The position numbers were made by a program, and so were the translations under genes. Positions 37,583 through 51,224 of a stretch of 64,000 nucleotides of DNA are shown here, in pieces. The notes beneath the pieces are model-generated. The model had not been told where the DNA came from. It saw nothing but the letters and a program-made list of their open reading frames with translations, and made no database searches. Each line of letters begins with the position of its first letter. Positions within the stretch are counted from its first letter, which is position 1. Source of the stretch: Paecilomyces variotii (Eukaryota); NCBI GenBank assembly GCA_004022145.1, contig RCNU01000014.1, one strand, 5' to 3'.

Positions 37583-38606
37583 TCAACCAGATGAAGGGGT
37601 CTTCAAAAGGAGACCGCCATCGACATGAACCACTTGTCCGTTCACGTAGGTTCCTGCACGACTGGCCAAGTAGAGGACAGCGCTACCAATGTCGGTCTCT
37701 CGTCCAGTACGACCTGACAGAAGTTAGTAAGTATATCTCACCCGATCCGTAGACTTGGGACTCCCATAACAAATATTACGTACCTGCAGGGAAATGCTGC
37801 CCAGCACCGATGATGTGCGATTTCTGATTCTCATCCGATCCGCCAGTCGTCATTTCTGACGGGAACAGACCTGGGGCAATACAATTGGCCCGAATGCGCA
37901 GGGGCACGAATGTATGCGCCCATTCCTTGGTCAGATGCAAGAAAGCCGCTTTGCTGGACGAATAGGCGAATTGGCCTCTAGAGGGTGTCTTCGTCATTCC
38001 CGCCGTACTCGAGATATTAATGATGGAACTTGAATGTCCGGGAATGGCCTCGCGTCCCTTGTTGAGTAGGGGAAGCAGCGCAGCGGTTAGGAAGTGGTGA
38101 GCAGCGACATTGCCGGCATATGATTCACGCCAGGCTTCGGTGCCGTCGAGGACCATCCACTTGCCGACTGCATTTGCGTCGGAGAAGTCGACTTTGTCGG
38201 CCTGACTAGTGGCGCGGGATTCAGGAGAGACGCCGGCGTTGTTGATTAGGATGTTGATTCCTTTGTCTTCATTCTTTTCAAGTTCGGCTGCGATGGCTTT
38301 AACGCCATCCGTATGGGCGATGTCTCCTGGAAGACTACGGCATTGGAAAGTCAGAGATCCGCCCATATCCATAGCCTACTGGGCACATAATTGAATAACT
38401 TACGGGATAATCTGCCCATTTGAAGAATATTTCTTGGCGACAGTGTGAAGTGGCTCGTTTCTCCTTCCAACCACATACACACGAGCACCATTAGCAGCCA
38501 GGGCCTGTGCAGCCATGAGACCTATGCCACTTCCACCACCAGTCACCACGGCCACGAAGCCCTTGACGTCGAAGAGCGTCTGCGCCACCAACTCGTCGCT
38601 AGACAT
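37583..38606 (-). CDS. Classical short-chain dehydrogenase/reductase
   Basis: TGGGSGIG, NNAG, ISS, YSSSK (YxxxK), IAPG, VDGG; 2 introns. Confidence 0.92.
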
Positions 38607-39491
38607 TGTGAATCTGTATATGCCCCGTTATCGATTCTTTGAGTAGTGTCCAGAAGGTTGTAAACTGCGCTCCTCTACGGGAGATTCGAGATAAACAATA
38701 GAAAATGCTAGTGAGCTCGGTGGTTTTGATAGGGAAGAGACGGTCCCTCACGGTTCCTCATAATGTTAGGTACTTATATGGAACTCAACTTCCGGCTGCT
38801 GCTCCATGATGTCCATCGAGATACTCGACTGACGATAGTATAACATCAAGTGACATCTTCCTGAGGTAATGAATAACACGGCGAATGAGAACCTTGTAGA
38901 AGGCGTGTTCGTATTGAGCTGTCGATGTAAGTGGTAGGTAACTTTGTCCTTTGTTCTCCGAGCCAACCAACGCAGGGCAGGATTAGGTGCTTTTTCTTCA
39001 GCTTGTTAAATTTCAGTTCCCGTCTGGCAAGACTTACCTATATTCCTCTGAATAAGGATCATATGAAACGCATATACCTACAGCGTGGAACATTACCTTT
39101 ACTACCTAAACCAGTCTAGAGTCTAGATTTGAGACGTCTAACACCACTCTACCTCAACTTGCCCGCTATTCCTAATTCGCCTAATCGCCACAGAGCTATA
39201 TTTACCCTGCAAACTGTCATTGAATAAAAACAGATCTACGTAGTACATATTTACGAAGTACAGCCGTCTTCCTTCGATTCGAAGAACACAATATCGCGCA
39301 GATTGCCGGACACGGCGTCACGACTACACAATACATCCGCCACAGCCGATGCCACATTGAAGAGCATTCTAGGGAAGAAGAAAGTAACCATTGCTTCTCG
39401 AGAGAGAACGTCCTACCTAGCCATATTACGGCTGGTGACAGTACATGTCGACTGCCATACTGTCATATTTTCTAGTTGCTGTTCTGAAGCA

Positions 39492-39928
39492 ATCTGATAA
39501 AGAACTGTAGTAGGATGTTATGCAGCTGTAGCGAATCATATCAAAATGATTTGACCTGGTGGGTCCGTAGAAACCTTTGTTTTCATGGAATTTTCGCTCG
39601 GGTTCAAGAGCACTGTATCATGAAGAATACTGAATAACGACAAATAAAAGACACAACAGCTGAATCAACTAGCACTGACTGCTACTATCATCCCCGGTAC
39701 CTTGTAGCACTATCCTAAATACCTATGCTGTCTCTCCGAGATGTCTCAGCGAAACTGAATCAGCTTATCGGACGAAATTGTTTCACGTGACCCGACTTCT
39801 GTGCACGCAATCTGATAAGCGGAGCTCGTCGAATCATAGCCGAGGAAACAGCACGAGACCGGACAACCGGCCAATCGGAGCAGGGGACTTTCCCGATCAA
39901 GTTCGGCCGAAGTTACGGGATCTGATAA
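39492..39928 (+). promoter_or_regulatory. Three ATCTGATAA SreA-type iron-repressor boxes upstream of IscU
   Basis: Exact ATCTGATAA at 39492, 39810 and 39920; matches the ATCWGATAA consensus. Confidence 0.7.
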
Positions 39929-40120
39929 ATCCGCTCCGATGCCGGACCCACGTGTGGCAATCTCCGACGTCACTTGGTTACTAACCCGCGTTCTTCTTCC
40001 CAACTTATCTCCATTAATTTCGGCTCTCTCATTCTTTGAACTCTACCAACTACTATCCAACATACAACGATCATCAAACTCGATACAACAGAGCAACATA
40101 ACACAACACATATATCAAAA

Positions 40121-40778
40121 ATGTTTTCAGTGAGAACAGCTTTCCGCGCCGCGAACTCCCTGTCCGCCCGAACGGGCCTGCGCTCCGCCGCTCCCATCCG
40201 GTCGCCGGCATCTCTGGGTGCATCTGCGCCTGCCCGACGATCCTACCATGAGAAGGTCATCGACCACTACAGCAACCCTCGCAACGCGGGATCGTTGAAC
40301 AGGAAAGATCCCAATGTGGGCAGTGGTCTGGTCGGTGCTCCGGCATGCGGTGATGTGATCAGATTGGATATCCAGGTCGATGAGAAGACGGGCAACATTA
40401 CGGAGGCGCGATTCAAGACTTTCGGGTGTGGTTCGGCCATTGCCAGCTCAAGTTACCTGACGACGCTGTTGAAGGGAAAGTCTCGTAAGTTTGGCCCATA
40501 TTCTTATCAAAATGCGAATGCAATACGAAGTATGAAAATGATACTAACATCAAAAATCTACAGTGGAAGAAGCCGCTAAGATCAAGAACACCGATATCTC
40601 CTCTGAGCTGTGCCTGCCCCCCGTCAAGCTGCATTGCTCTCTTCTCGCTGAGGATGCCATCAAGGCCGCTCTCAAGGACTACGAATCGAAGAGAGCCGGT
40701 GCTGCCACGACCAACCTCGCTGGTACGGCCAAGGCTTTCGACAAGGAATCCGTCGCTCAGGCCGCCGCCCAGGCGTAA
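40121..40778 (+). CDS. isu1: Mitochondrial Fe-S cluster scaffold IscU/Isu1
   Basis: Arg/Ser-rich presequence, [32 protein letters not shown]; one intron. Confidence 0.95.
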
Positions 40779-42081
40779 ATGGGAGGAATTCAATGAATTA
40801 GTTTCTTTCCAGTCTTAAGCAAAAGTCCCATTTGTTCTCGCTGCAGGCTGGGTATGCGGATTGTGTTTCGAAGTCGAGACTGCAAAGAGAATGTGCATTA
40901 TGATGTGATACCTTGACCTGCATTCTGTTTCCGTTTTCATATGGGTGCTTTCTTTCCATGTGCATCAATCAGTTATTTCCTGATCCTAGGGGTTTCCTTT
41001 GTGTTTTACTGTCCTTCATTAGGGGGTGGCGGGAGTTCTAAATTGTCTTTTTCGAATATATTTATGTATGAAATATAACTTGAACAAAAATAATACATTT
41101 TGAAATGTCGAACTTCTCCACTTTTGAAAGAAATCATCAATGTCGTAAAGAATACCAGCTTCTAGAAATCTCGATCATCCCTGTCCTACCTACTTAACCG
41201 GATCTACCGGAGGAGAAGTAACCCCCCTCAAAGAAAACGCTTGCATGGCTATTCCTACCATAAATAATCACTTCATTCTTCATCCATGATAACTTAAGCG
41301 AATTACTTTAACGTATTAGACTCGATCCACGCCATGACCGTCCTACCTAATGTATCCGCAGACTCAGCCAGAACGACTTACTAACAGGATGCAACTTGAC
41401 TAATGTAGAGGGCACTGCACATATATAAGTAGCTAGAATGTGGAAAAGACCTCTGTGGTTGAGATATTTGTCGAGTCGTGGATAATATATTTTTACTTTT
41501 CAGATTCAGTATGCCCCTGTAAGAGGAGGCTCATCTCCCCGCATCCCTTCAGGGGACAGGGACAGGGACAGGGGTTGTCACTCGTCACGCAAGGTGCATG
41601 TGATGTGGCCAGTGACAATCACTGTGGACCAGGATATTTACAGGTAGTGTGGCTTCCCTATGATAATTTATAGAATATAGCCTTGGGGTCTTGAATGAAA
41701 TAGAGCTGGAGTGGCATAGTAGGTAGGTCAGAGACATGTTAGTTAGTGGTGGCATTCTCTAGCAGCCAGACAGACAATGGATGCTGCCAACTCTCGATCT
41801 CTAGTGGCCGGTCTAGAGCTAAATGGCACTCTGCTGCCGAATTCGAACATACTGAAAATATTATCTCTTCTTTTCGTTTTCATGATGGTATCAACAAAAC
41901 GGCCAAACATAGGGACATGCACAAATTAGGTCAGGCCCTCGGACCTTCTCTCTACGCTCCTCCCTGCCAGCCTCCAACCTCCTTGGCTCACGCTGCTGAT
42001 GACCAAGGATGCAGTTTCCCGGCTGGATGAACAAGTACAAAAAAGGTCGTGAAGAGGATGAAGGACAAAACGCTCTATTGT

Positions 42082-43375
42082 CTAGAGGAAATAATCCGGC
42101 GTACGCCTTGATACCATGGGTTCTCCTGCCCGAGGACACGGGTCGAATTGCAAGCTGCACTCATAGTCAGAACGCTCGTTCAAGAATAATAGGGGTGGGT
42201 AGGACATACAATGTATACTTGAGATGCTCATCAATCTCCATAATCGCGGCCTGATTACCGCAGCGGTAACAGTAATTGGGAGCTGAGCTCATTGTTAGCA
42301 CACGTCAGTTTATACTGGGCTGCCACCGCTAGGAACATACCAGAAAAGATCGTAACGACGTTTCGGTCCTGGGACCAATTATACCCCTCCATCACGAGCT
42401 GGTGCGCTCGAGCAACCAGAGTCAAGCCATTGTTGTGATTAAATGCTTCGGAGATATCCTGTCCGAATGTGTATCCCGCTCCACGAGGGGAGATACCCCA
42501 GCCACATCGGTCATCTGGGTCACTCCACAACAGATCGCACATGGGGCCTTCATGGGGCACTTCCTGGATACGGTCCAGGGAACGAATATTATCAAGGGTA
42601 TCGATGGAAGGACTGAGACCTCCGTGGAGGCAGAAAATCTGGTTCTCAATGAGAGCGGTGAGGGGTAGGTAGTCGAAAAGGTCGGTGAAGTATTTCCAGA
42701 CATTGGCGTTGCCATATTTACGCAGGCACTCGTCGTAAAAGCCGTAGACTTGTGTGATCTGGCGAGATTCATGGTTGCCACGCAGGATCGTAATTCGCTG
42801 CGGGTAGCGGATTTTAAGGGCGACCAGAAGAGTCACCGTCTCGACGGAGTAGTAGCCACGGTCGACATAATCACCTGCAATGACGAGATAAGCGTGAGAA
42901 GGTGGCCCCAACGAAAGACTGCATCTGATGCCTACCCATAAAGAGGTAATTTGTGTCTGGATTCGGTCCGCCTATGCGGAAAAGTTCCATCAAGTCGTGA
43001 AACTGGCCGTGGATATCTCCGCAGACCGTGACGGGACATTTCTGCGGCGGTTGTCAATTTACCCCGTTCCCCCACGGTCGCATCTCAGTCAATAGGGGCC
43101 ACATACCACTGGCTGGACATTTGACTCGTCCTGTAGGACTTCTCTTGCCTAGAAAGAGCTCTATCAGTCCTCTGCAATGCGTCCAGGTTGCTTTTCGGGG
43201 CGCTGCGACTTACCCGATCACACAATCTCTGCACATCATTCTCGGACAACTGCTTGCAGCTCATCAGGTTCTCAATCCACCCATCGAGAGTCGGGATCGA
43301 CCCAGGATCCGTCACAGGGGAGAGCTGGTGTGGCTCGGGCGACCGAGCAGTGTCGATTTCCATGTTGTTGTCCAT
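42082..43375 (-). CDS. pphA: Ser/Thr protein phosphatase 2A catalytic subunit
   Basis: [28 protein letters not shown]-terminal TPDYFL. Confidence 0.97.
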
Positions 43376-43929
43376 TGGTCTGTCCACGCAGAGAGAAGAA
43401 GCTCAGGACAACTGGAGCTGGGGAGGGGTGGGGATGACGGTCTCGTGCGAGTCAAGGGGAGGGATAGACGACACAGGGGAGTGATGGAAACAGGTGAAGG
43501 ATATAGGAAGAGGATTAGATCGAGTGGTAACAAAGAACTCCAGACGCTATCACGCTGCCGTTCTGATCGTGGGGTTGAGTGTTTGTCCTGCGGAGGGCTC
43601 TGCCGTGCTGAAACGCAAGTCGGGATGGGCTTCTCTCACTGACCATCCCAAACAGCGTTCGCGCCACATTGAGCCTCAGCCACGCCCCAGGATCAGGACT
43701 GGGGGAAGCTCGAGACCTCGACAACCCCACCTAAATTTTTGATACAAGGTGATTTCCTGTTCGAGACAAGAAGATATACAGTGATGCATTATTAATAGTG
43801 ATTCCTATCTGATGTGATCTCTTACAGTAGTAGTGTTCAACGTGATAGCATTACAATGTGCTTTTTCGTTACTTCGTGTGCCCTCAAGTAAGGCACGCTC
43901 GTTAAAAGGGCTCGTTACTATCCGCAAGC

Positions 43930-45072
43930 CTAAATGATGTCACCGCCAAAGCCCCCAAACCCCCCAAACCCTCCAGCACCTCTGCCGCGCCCACCACCAA
44001 AAGGACTGCCTCGACCAAATGGAGGGCCATCGCCTGGGCCGACTGGATCGTATCTAGAGCCTGGAGGCGCTTGAGGGTCGTAGCCTCCCCCTCGACGTCC
44101 GCCAAAAAGAGGATCGTCGAAGGTTGGATGCATTCCACCTCCACCACCCCCTCCAGGCCCGAAAGTCCCTCTTAACGGGTCATTGGGTCCCAGACCGGGA
44201 GGATAGAGATCTCTCTCGCCAATACTCAATGGGTTCCTTCCTCCGTAGCCACCTGGCCACCCCCGGGGAGGCCGGTTAATCTCATATTCGTCCTCAAAGC
44301 CCGGTGGTGGGAAATCCCCGGGAGGCATGGGCCGACGGGGAATGTCCGCCAACGGGTCATCGAAGGGATAAGGACGAGCTGGCTCTGGTAGTCGGTCATC
44401 ACGCAATGGATCGCGTTCAGGCTGCTGTGGCCGTTCAGGCTGTCTTGTGCGGGATGGCTCCCCGGTGTCCTCATACCCTTCTTTCTGTAGCCCCGGTGCC
44501 AATCTCTGGATCACATTTACCTTAAACAGTCCGATCAGGTCATTCAGACGCGGATTCGAAATAAAGACTTGTCTCAGGGCAGTTGAGGCTTCAGACGTGG
44601 TAGATAGAGGGAGGGAAGATTCGGAGACGTAGTCTTTCGCCGCGATATCGAAGGATGTAGTTTTGTCATGGCCGAGAGCCAAGGCCAGGACCACAGCATT
44701 ATTCCCTAATCGATTTACTTTGAGTAGAAACTCCATCGAGGACTGTGTGTGAGCATATCGAAAAGCATAGGTGGTGTTAGCGTTCCACTCCTTAGGGAGC
44801 ACTGGGGAGTCTGTAGGATCTATCAAAACCAGAGCATTAGTTTCTTGATATCTCTCATGAGAAGGTGTCTTGAACAAACCTAGTTTATGGTCTTCTCCCA
44901 GTCCAATCAGACGGAAATCCACTGCGACCATGCAGGCGTGTCCGATCAAGGCAACGGCCTCATATGCATTCTTTAGCTGGGCTTGCTCCCCGTCCTGAGT
45001 GAGAGCCTTGGCTGCAATGTCCAACACGCGGTCGGGCGCCAGAGCCAGCGCCCTGTCTTGCGAACTGGACAT
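43930..45072 (-). CDS. Proteasome regulator PI31 (PSMF1/Fub1-like)
   Basis: N-terminal FP domain (HACM..FRLIGLGE, YAFRYAH), IGERDLYPPG, GMHPTFDDP, PPGSRYDP, Gly-rich tail; 60-nt intron 44820-44879. Confidence 0.9.
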   Translation of the reverse strand: MSSSQDRALALAPDRVLDIAAKALTQDGEQAQLKNAYEAVALIGHACMVAVDFRLIGLGEDHKLGLFKTPSHERYQETNALVLIDPTDSPVLPKEWNANTTYAFRYAHTQSSMEFLLKVNRLGNNAVVLALALGHDKTTSFDIAAKDYVSESSLPLSTTSEASTALRQVFISNPRLNDLIGLFKVNVIQRLAPGLQKEGYEDTGEPSRTRQPERPQQPERDPLRDDRLPEPARPYPFDDPLADIPRRPMPPGDFPPPGFEDEYEINRPPRGWPGGYGGRNPLSIGERDLYPPGLGPNDPLRGTFGPGGGGGGGMHPTFDDPLFGGRRGGGYDPQAPPGSRYDPVGPGDGPPFGRGSPFGGGRGRGAGGFGGFGGFGGDII

Positions 45073-46054
45073 GATGAAGCTGCAATTAGAGCCGTATAAT
45101 CGTTTGGAAAGTTCCGTTCAAGTCACAGAGGATGTGACGGCGTTTATGAGAGCCCTGAAGTGAGTTGCCCCTTCAAGTTCGCGAGAACGCGACGTCAAAG
45201 CAGCTGATGCCTAGAGCGCAAACACTGCAAATCCACACCCCGCCTTCTCGCACCGCCCGCGCCTAGGCTGTGCCGGCCGGAATTATTGATAGGCAGCATA
45301 TCAATAATCACCACTGATTGTCTTCTATCGGTGGCTTATACGATACTCATTGCAATGGGAATTCTTCATACACATCTTAACTAGCCAATGATGACTACAT
45401 GCTGACTATTTACTGTGAGCTCTGCAACGTGGCCTACAACTACTCTATCGGGTATGAAGGTACCGGAACAGTCCAACAGGACTTCTATAATATATCCAGC
45501 TACCAAGGCTTACAACCCTTCTAGTTATTCAGAATAATGAGTACACTAAGTCGTTACGGCGTGCCTGGACTGAGCACAGTTCACGAGTGGGGGTAAATCC
45601 CAACGGTTACTCGTGGCAAGAGGCTTATGCTCCTACGGACCACGAAACACGGGTAAAGAGTTTAACTAACAGCTTAGGCGGTTAGGATCCTGAAATCAAT
45701 TCTCAATGCAGGTATTATCTTTTACAAAGCGGGCAATCGAATATGAGAACCTACCTGGTAGTCAGTCTCTCCATTGGGATTGGAAATCTGATTGGATACG
45801 GGGATTCCGTTGCACTTATCAATTCACTTGACGCCAACCCCGGATGGACTTATGGTCTCGGTAGTCACTGATAAGCGCCAGCGGGGTTCATTATGGGGGG
45901 TGCTCTTCGTTGCCATTGCGGCAGAACCCCAGTGTTCTCCTTACAAGTTGCTAGTCACCAAGCACACTAGATCTGGGGCCGAGGCTCGCTGTCACGATCT
46001 ATCAAACGATCGCGTGTCTCTTGGTCACCTAAACCACCTTTATACAGAGTACCT

Positions 46055-48450
46055 ATGGCACAATTCGAGATGGCTGATGGAAGCCATCCAATCAAAGAAG
46101 AGGGCCCTAAGCGGAAGATTCATATAGAGACACGATTTGGACGAGCGAGACGGTCACGAAGTCGCAAGGATCGTCCTTGCGATGCTTGCCGTCATCGCAA
46201 ATCGGCGTGTGTCATCACTGTGCGACCACCATGTATGCTCAGAAAAATATCATAAACCAATTGTCTACTCTGTATACTTACAGCACTTGCAGGTCGATAT
46301 TGTGAGGGAAAGGGCCGAGATTGCACATTTGCGTCGACTCCTACGGAGAGGATTCGAAAGCCAACGACAACTACAAGACCTAGGGCTTCTACCAGTGACA
46401 GCACTGGATCTTCCGTTGTTGGGCCCTCCAAGCAGAGTAAGAATGGATCTCCAGAACAATTCTCTGCCAATATGCAGATTGACGCGTACAGGGGTGACGG
46501 GTTTGGCACGTATGGCACATTCATATATCCAGACGGTAATCATGCACCAGATCCAGCGGGAGGTTCAATCATGCTCCCAGCCCCTATGGTCTACAATCCC
46601 CATTCATTAAATCAGCTATCGCCGGTCAACGTCGGTCCACCTGATATGCGTTATAACCAAAGTCGCCTCTCCTGTCGACCGGAGCCGCAGAACTCTTCGG
46701 ACCATAGCTGTACTCGCCCGGAGGGACCCGGGGAAGGGACTCTAGACGACGTCAAGGGACTAACAGCCCATTTTCTGGGCCCTTCCAGTGACCAGGATGC
46801 AAATTTACTTTCTTCTTTTCGCTCCAATATCTTGAACGAGACCAGCTATGTAGATGTCAATATACGTCAAGTGTTTCCTGGAAATGTCCCAGATAGGCGG
46901 CCTCCGATCCATTTCAATATTGTCCATGATTTGTTTCCAGATCGAGACAACAAGGTGAAACAGCTGGCATCGGAGCGGATCGAAACCCTCGTGGGATCAT
47001 GCGGCGACGCATTAGTCCGCTTATATTTTCGCTTCGTACATCCAGCATTTCCAATTCTCTCAAAGGCACGTTTTCTGAAGTCATACTCCGAGGACAAGTT
47101 CAGTATCCCTGCCTCCTTACGAGGAGTGGTATACGGGCTAGCCTGTCCCTTCTGGGCGCAGGACAGTACTTTGCAGTCCCAACCCCTTGTTTCACAACAT
47201 GAACTCTTCGATCAAGTCCATACTGCGCTCAACAGGGAACTCGATTCACCGAAGTTGAGTACACTACAAGCATGCCTGCTGGCCTTGCAGGAGACACCAC
47301 CTTTGACGCAGACAACAGAGAGTCCTAGAAATTGGACCTTTGCTTGTCAAGCAACCTCATGTGCGCAGAACCTGGGTCTCCAGCAGGATCCATCGCTCTG
47401 GAATATACCGGCGTGGGAGAAAAGCCTACGGAAGAAGTTGTGGTGGGCGACCTTTGCAACTGACAAATGGTCATCCTTAAGTCACGGCAATCCTTCTCAT
47501 ATCCCTCAGAGTTCCTTCGATACCAGCGACATTACAATAGAGGATCTACTAGTCGAAGAAGACGTGGCAGATTTGGCGTGTGGCCGTATCATATCTGAGC
47601 CCGATCGACATCCTAATCGATCCAGGGCAGTCAACTTCCTCGAGACAGTCAGACTGTCCAAACTTCTAAGCACGCTTCTCGATTACGCATAGTAAGCACA
47701 TGTGCAGCACCACTTTTCTCATGCTAACGCCTCCTAGCACTGTACGCGATCCCTCATTCTTGGCTCCAACAGCTACTGGACTGGTCGATCAGTCGCTGTA
47801 TGTCCTGCGAGCTGAAATGGATGGCTGGTATACAATGCTGCCTCAATGTCTCGCGGTCAGCTACACAGCAGGAATAGGTGACACTCGCACAAATGGCATG
47901 TTCTCACTTTTGTTATCATGTAGACTGTCTCCACTAATAGATATTCTGCAGGACCTCTCCATTTAGCGTTTTTCTCAGTCAAGAGCCTCCTTCTACGCGC
48001 TCTTATGTCTCCTGCGACACCGTTGTCAAAGTCTAATCCGTTCTCTAATCTCCGCACGCACTTTGATTCAGCCTTAGAGGAATTTAGCCTCTTCGTGAAA
48101 CTGGTATCTAGCATTAAGGCAGAGGACTTGTGTGCTTTCTGGGGCCGGCGTAGGTTAACAGCTTCCGTTCATACCTCATGCTAAATGACTAACTCCTACC
48201 AGATTCAAGAACTCATCTCGTGCACGCCGGTAACTTTCTGATATATCTATTTCTATGTGCCTCGACGGCCGGACAAGTTGAGAAGTCCTATGCGCTCTTA
48301 GAAGGCTACAGACACGCATTGCGATGTCTAGCTGAGGTGACTGACGAGGCCGGTACGGGACTTGTACGGCCTGCCCTTTTGCGAACCGAGTCGTTCTTCA
48401 AAGAGGCCATCAAGATCATGCGGAAGGGGGGAGTTAGGGACGAGGCTTAG
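46055..48450 (+). CDS. Zn(II)2Cys6 transcription factor with Fungal_trans domain (DAL81/TamA-like)
   Basis: RSRKDRPCDACRHRKSAC..C|..CRYC..C, LYFRFVHPAFPILSK, LGLQQDP..W.IP.WEKSLRKKLWWA..DKW. Confidence 0.9.
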
Positions 48451-48754
48451 CGCCGTACTTCTAATCGTCGTTCGTCACATCCTAATGTGGTTACAGATGA
48501 GTTCTCCTCGTTTTTACAACACTAATGCACAACATACCACAAGCGTTCATGGCTAATTGCTATCCATATCCTACTCTATTACGGTTGATGTTGAAATGAG
48601 TTCTTATGCCGAAACTGATTGATGTGAAAGTTTCTTTTCTCTCTGTCATTACCCCCTGTTTATAATTCAAGCCCGTTTTGAAGATAATCGTCGCTTCAAT
48701 TACGAGATAGCTAATATATATAACATCACATCTTCACATATCATTCATATACAT

Positions 48755-49999
48755 CTAGGCAACCGCAACAGCCTTGGTCGTCTTTGTCTCATACTGCATA
48801 CTAGCCCGCATAATCCGATATTCATGCTGCACCACAGGCGGATACTTTGCGGGATTCTGAGCGTCCGAGCATGAGGGCAGGCACTGGATGACACAGTCGA
48901 CATTCGGACTGATGAAATACGGAATCGAGTAACGAGCCCGAGTCATGCGCTCATCCCCTTCAAAGCGGTCTTGGAATGGAGGCAATCCCACCCGGTGAAG
49001 GTTCGATTTGAGGATATCTGAAATAGCTCTGTTAGCCACAGTCATCTTCTTCCTTGGTGCTGCAAATCCCTATACAGGTCAAATACATACCATTACTCCA
49101 CCTCATCAAAATATCACCGATATTCATAATAATAGCATTCTTCAGCGGCGGCGCCTTCACGAACTCCCCGTGCCGATTCTGCACCTCCAACCCTCCACAG
49201 TCATCCTGGAATAACATAGTGACGGAACCCCAGTCCGTATGTGCTGGCATCCTTGCTGACTTCTGACTCTCCAGCACCGATGCCGGTACCGGTGGGTAGT
49301 GCAGTAGACGCAGCTGGTTGTTGTGACCATCGTGAAAGCGCAGGAGATAGTCTTCCTCAGGAAGACCCAAGCCGAGAGACAAAGCGCGGAGGATATCTTG
49401 TGCTGTGCGCCAGCATTCCCAGTAGAATGAGGTAGTGAATTCGCGGAATCCGGGAAGGACGTCTTCCGGCAGCCAGACATTGGGCTGGTCGTTGTTGGAT
49501 TCGCTGCCAATCTCATAACTTTCCTATCGCGTCTGTTAGTATTCAACCCATAACATACCCCTATTGATCAAGACCACACTAAACAAGAAGACCCAACTCT
49601 CAAAAATAAAATAAAAAAACAACTACTAACCTTACAATCCACCACCTCCCTCGTCTTCTTCTTCAACGTCTCACTATCCTCCTCATCGCCAAGGACCTGA
49701 TTCACCTTCTCCAGCCCCGGCCACGAATACCCCCGATGCACCTTCGGTCCATCCGGATGGGGCGCAAGCATCTTCTCTTCCGTCTTCAAGTCAAACAGTT
49801 TCTTCGACCATCCGAACGCTTCTTCCAATCGCTCAGGCGACACTTGATGGTTGATGATATAAACGAAGCCAACATTACGACATGCGTCGGTGAGTTGTTT
49901 CGCGACGGCGAGACGTTCAGCTGGTGTGCTGGTTGGTTGGAAGGAGGAGAAGTCGATTATGGGAAGGGGGAGGGTTGATTCTTCTGGGGGGTTGGACAT
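48755..49999 (-). CDS. 2-oxoglutarate/Fe(II)-dependent dioxygenase (IPNS/DIOX family)
   Basis: LPIIDFS, GFVYIINH, LRLLHYP, HTD (HxD), NLHRV, RYS (RxS); 2 introns. Confidence 0.92.
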
Positions 50000-51224
50000 T
50001 TTGGCCAGTTGTTGAGTATGTACTTGCTTGACTAGGTATACAGTAAAAACTCGAGATTGATTTTTTTTTTCCTCTCCCTATCGGTCTCAGGGCTTGGATA
50101 AATAAATAATCATTCAATTCATTAAGTATCAGGAATCGCTAGCAGGATAGCGCAGCCTCATATATATATCCCAAGAAACATCTTTGCCTATCGACTCAAC
50201 CCCGCCCGATAAGCAATAACTACACCGATCAGTCCCATTATCTACCTCTGAGACTAGTTAAACAACCACGCTCGCGACGAGACCCATATCCTTGCTAAAT
50301 GAATCCAGCGAATACAAATACAAGAATCCATCGTCTCCGCTCCACCCCTCATGGGGAATGGAAGAGGAGTTGGCCGATATTTTTACAACTTTACTTGAAT
50401 TGGAAAGTTTCCAGAGAGGGGTCCGGAGACCATCGGCCAACTTTAAAACGGTCTAGATGTTTCAACACTGATCGGTTAACTATATTAGTAGTAGTGGATT
50501 GACTATTCGTAACTTGGATCGAGTTGAATCGAGTTGTCCTTTTTTTCGTGGTCTGATGACGGAACAGCTAGATAGGTGGATTATCATCTTCTCTGTCCAC
50601 GATGTTATCTATTTCATCAACGACAATATTTCTATCCGATCGGATCACGACGAATCGCTTGTGACGGAGTCCGGTTTATTGCAACATAACCGACTACTAG
50701 ATATCAGACTCCACCAATCAAGATGCGGAAAAGCCGGTTGCGCAGTTGCGCAGTTGCGCGGTTGAGGGTGGATCGGTTATTCATATTTATTATCTTTCGA
50801 GTAAGATGAAGAGCATGCTGGAATAAATATAGAAGTTTCAGTAGGGAAACAGTGAGGTATGGTATAGCAGGACATAATTCCGGTTCATTGGAAGGTAGTT
50901 AGTTCTCTTATCATGTTTTCCTGCCAGGGTCTATTAGCCTTTAATATATATTGGCTGATAAAGTTATGTGGACAGTCTAAGTAGTTCTATGCCAAGTTGG
51001 AATTCACTATGATTATGGGTCGTGTTCAGGTGAAATTAGAGTATTCTTTCTGGGCGAAAAAATTGATATTCGGTTCAACTATGGTATCTCGTATAATACA
51101 ATCCATGAGTCTAACATATGTAACTGAAGCCCTTTCCCATAATTTATTCCTGGAATGCTATCTACAAAGGCCCTCTTCGCATAAAAGTGCCGTATCGTCA
51201 TATCGTGTGCGGAACTCAAGTCTT

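Noticed and set aside
3300-39000. Accessory block as a Starship giant transposon
   Set aside because: No tyrosine-recombinase captain gene or recognisable boundary repeats seen in the window
45580-45660. CACGAGT...ACTCGTG hairpin as an ncRNA
   Set aside because: A 7-bp stem is expected by chance; no tRNA or snoRNA boxes
50736-50764. GTTGCGCA tandem repeat and other microsatellites (TAG run ~14850, GGGACA ~41553)
   Set aside because: Simple slippage repeats without spacers; not CRISPR or another functional array
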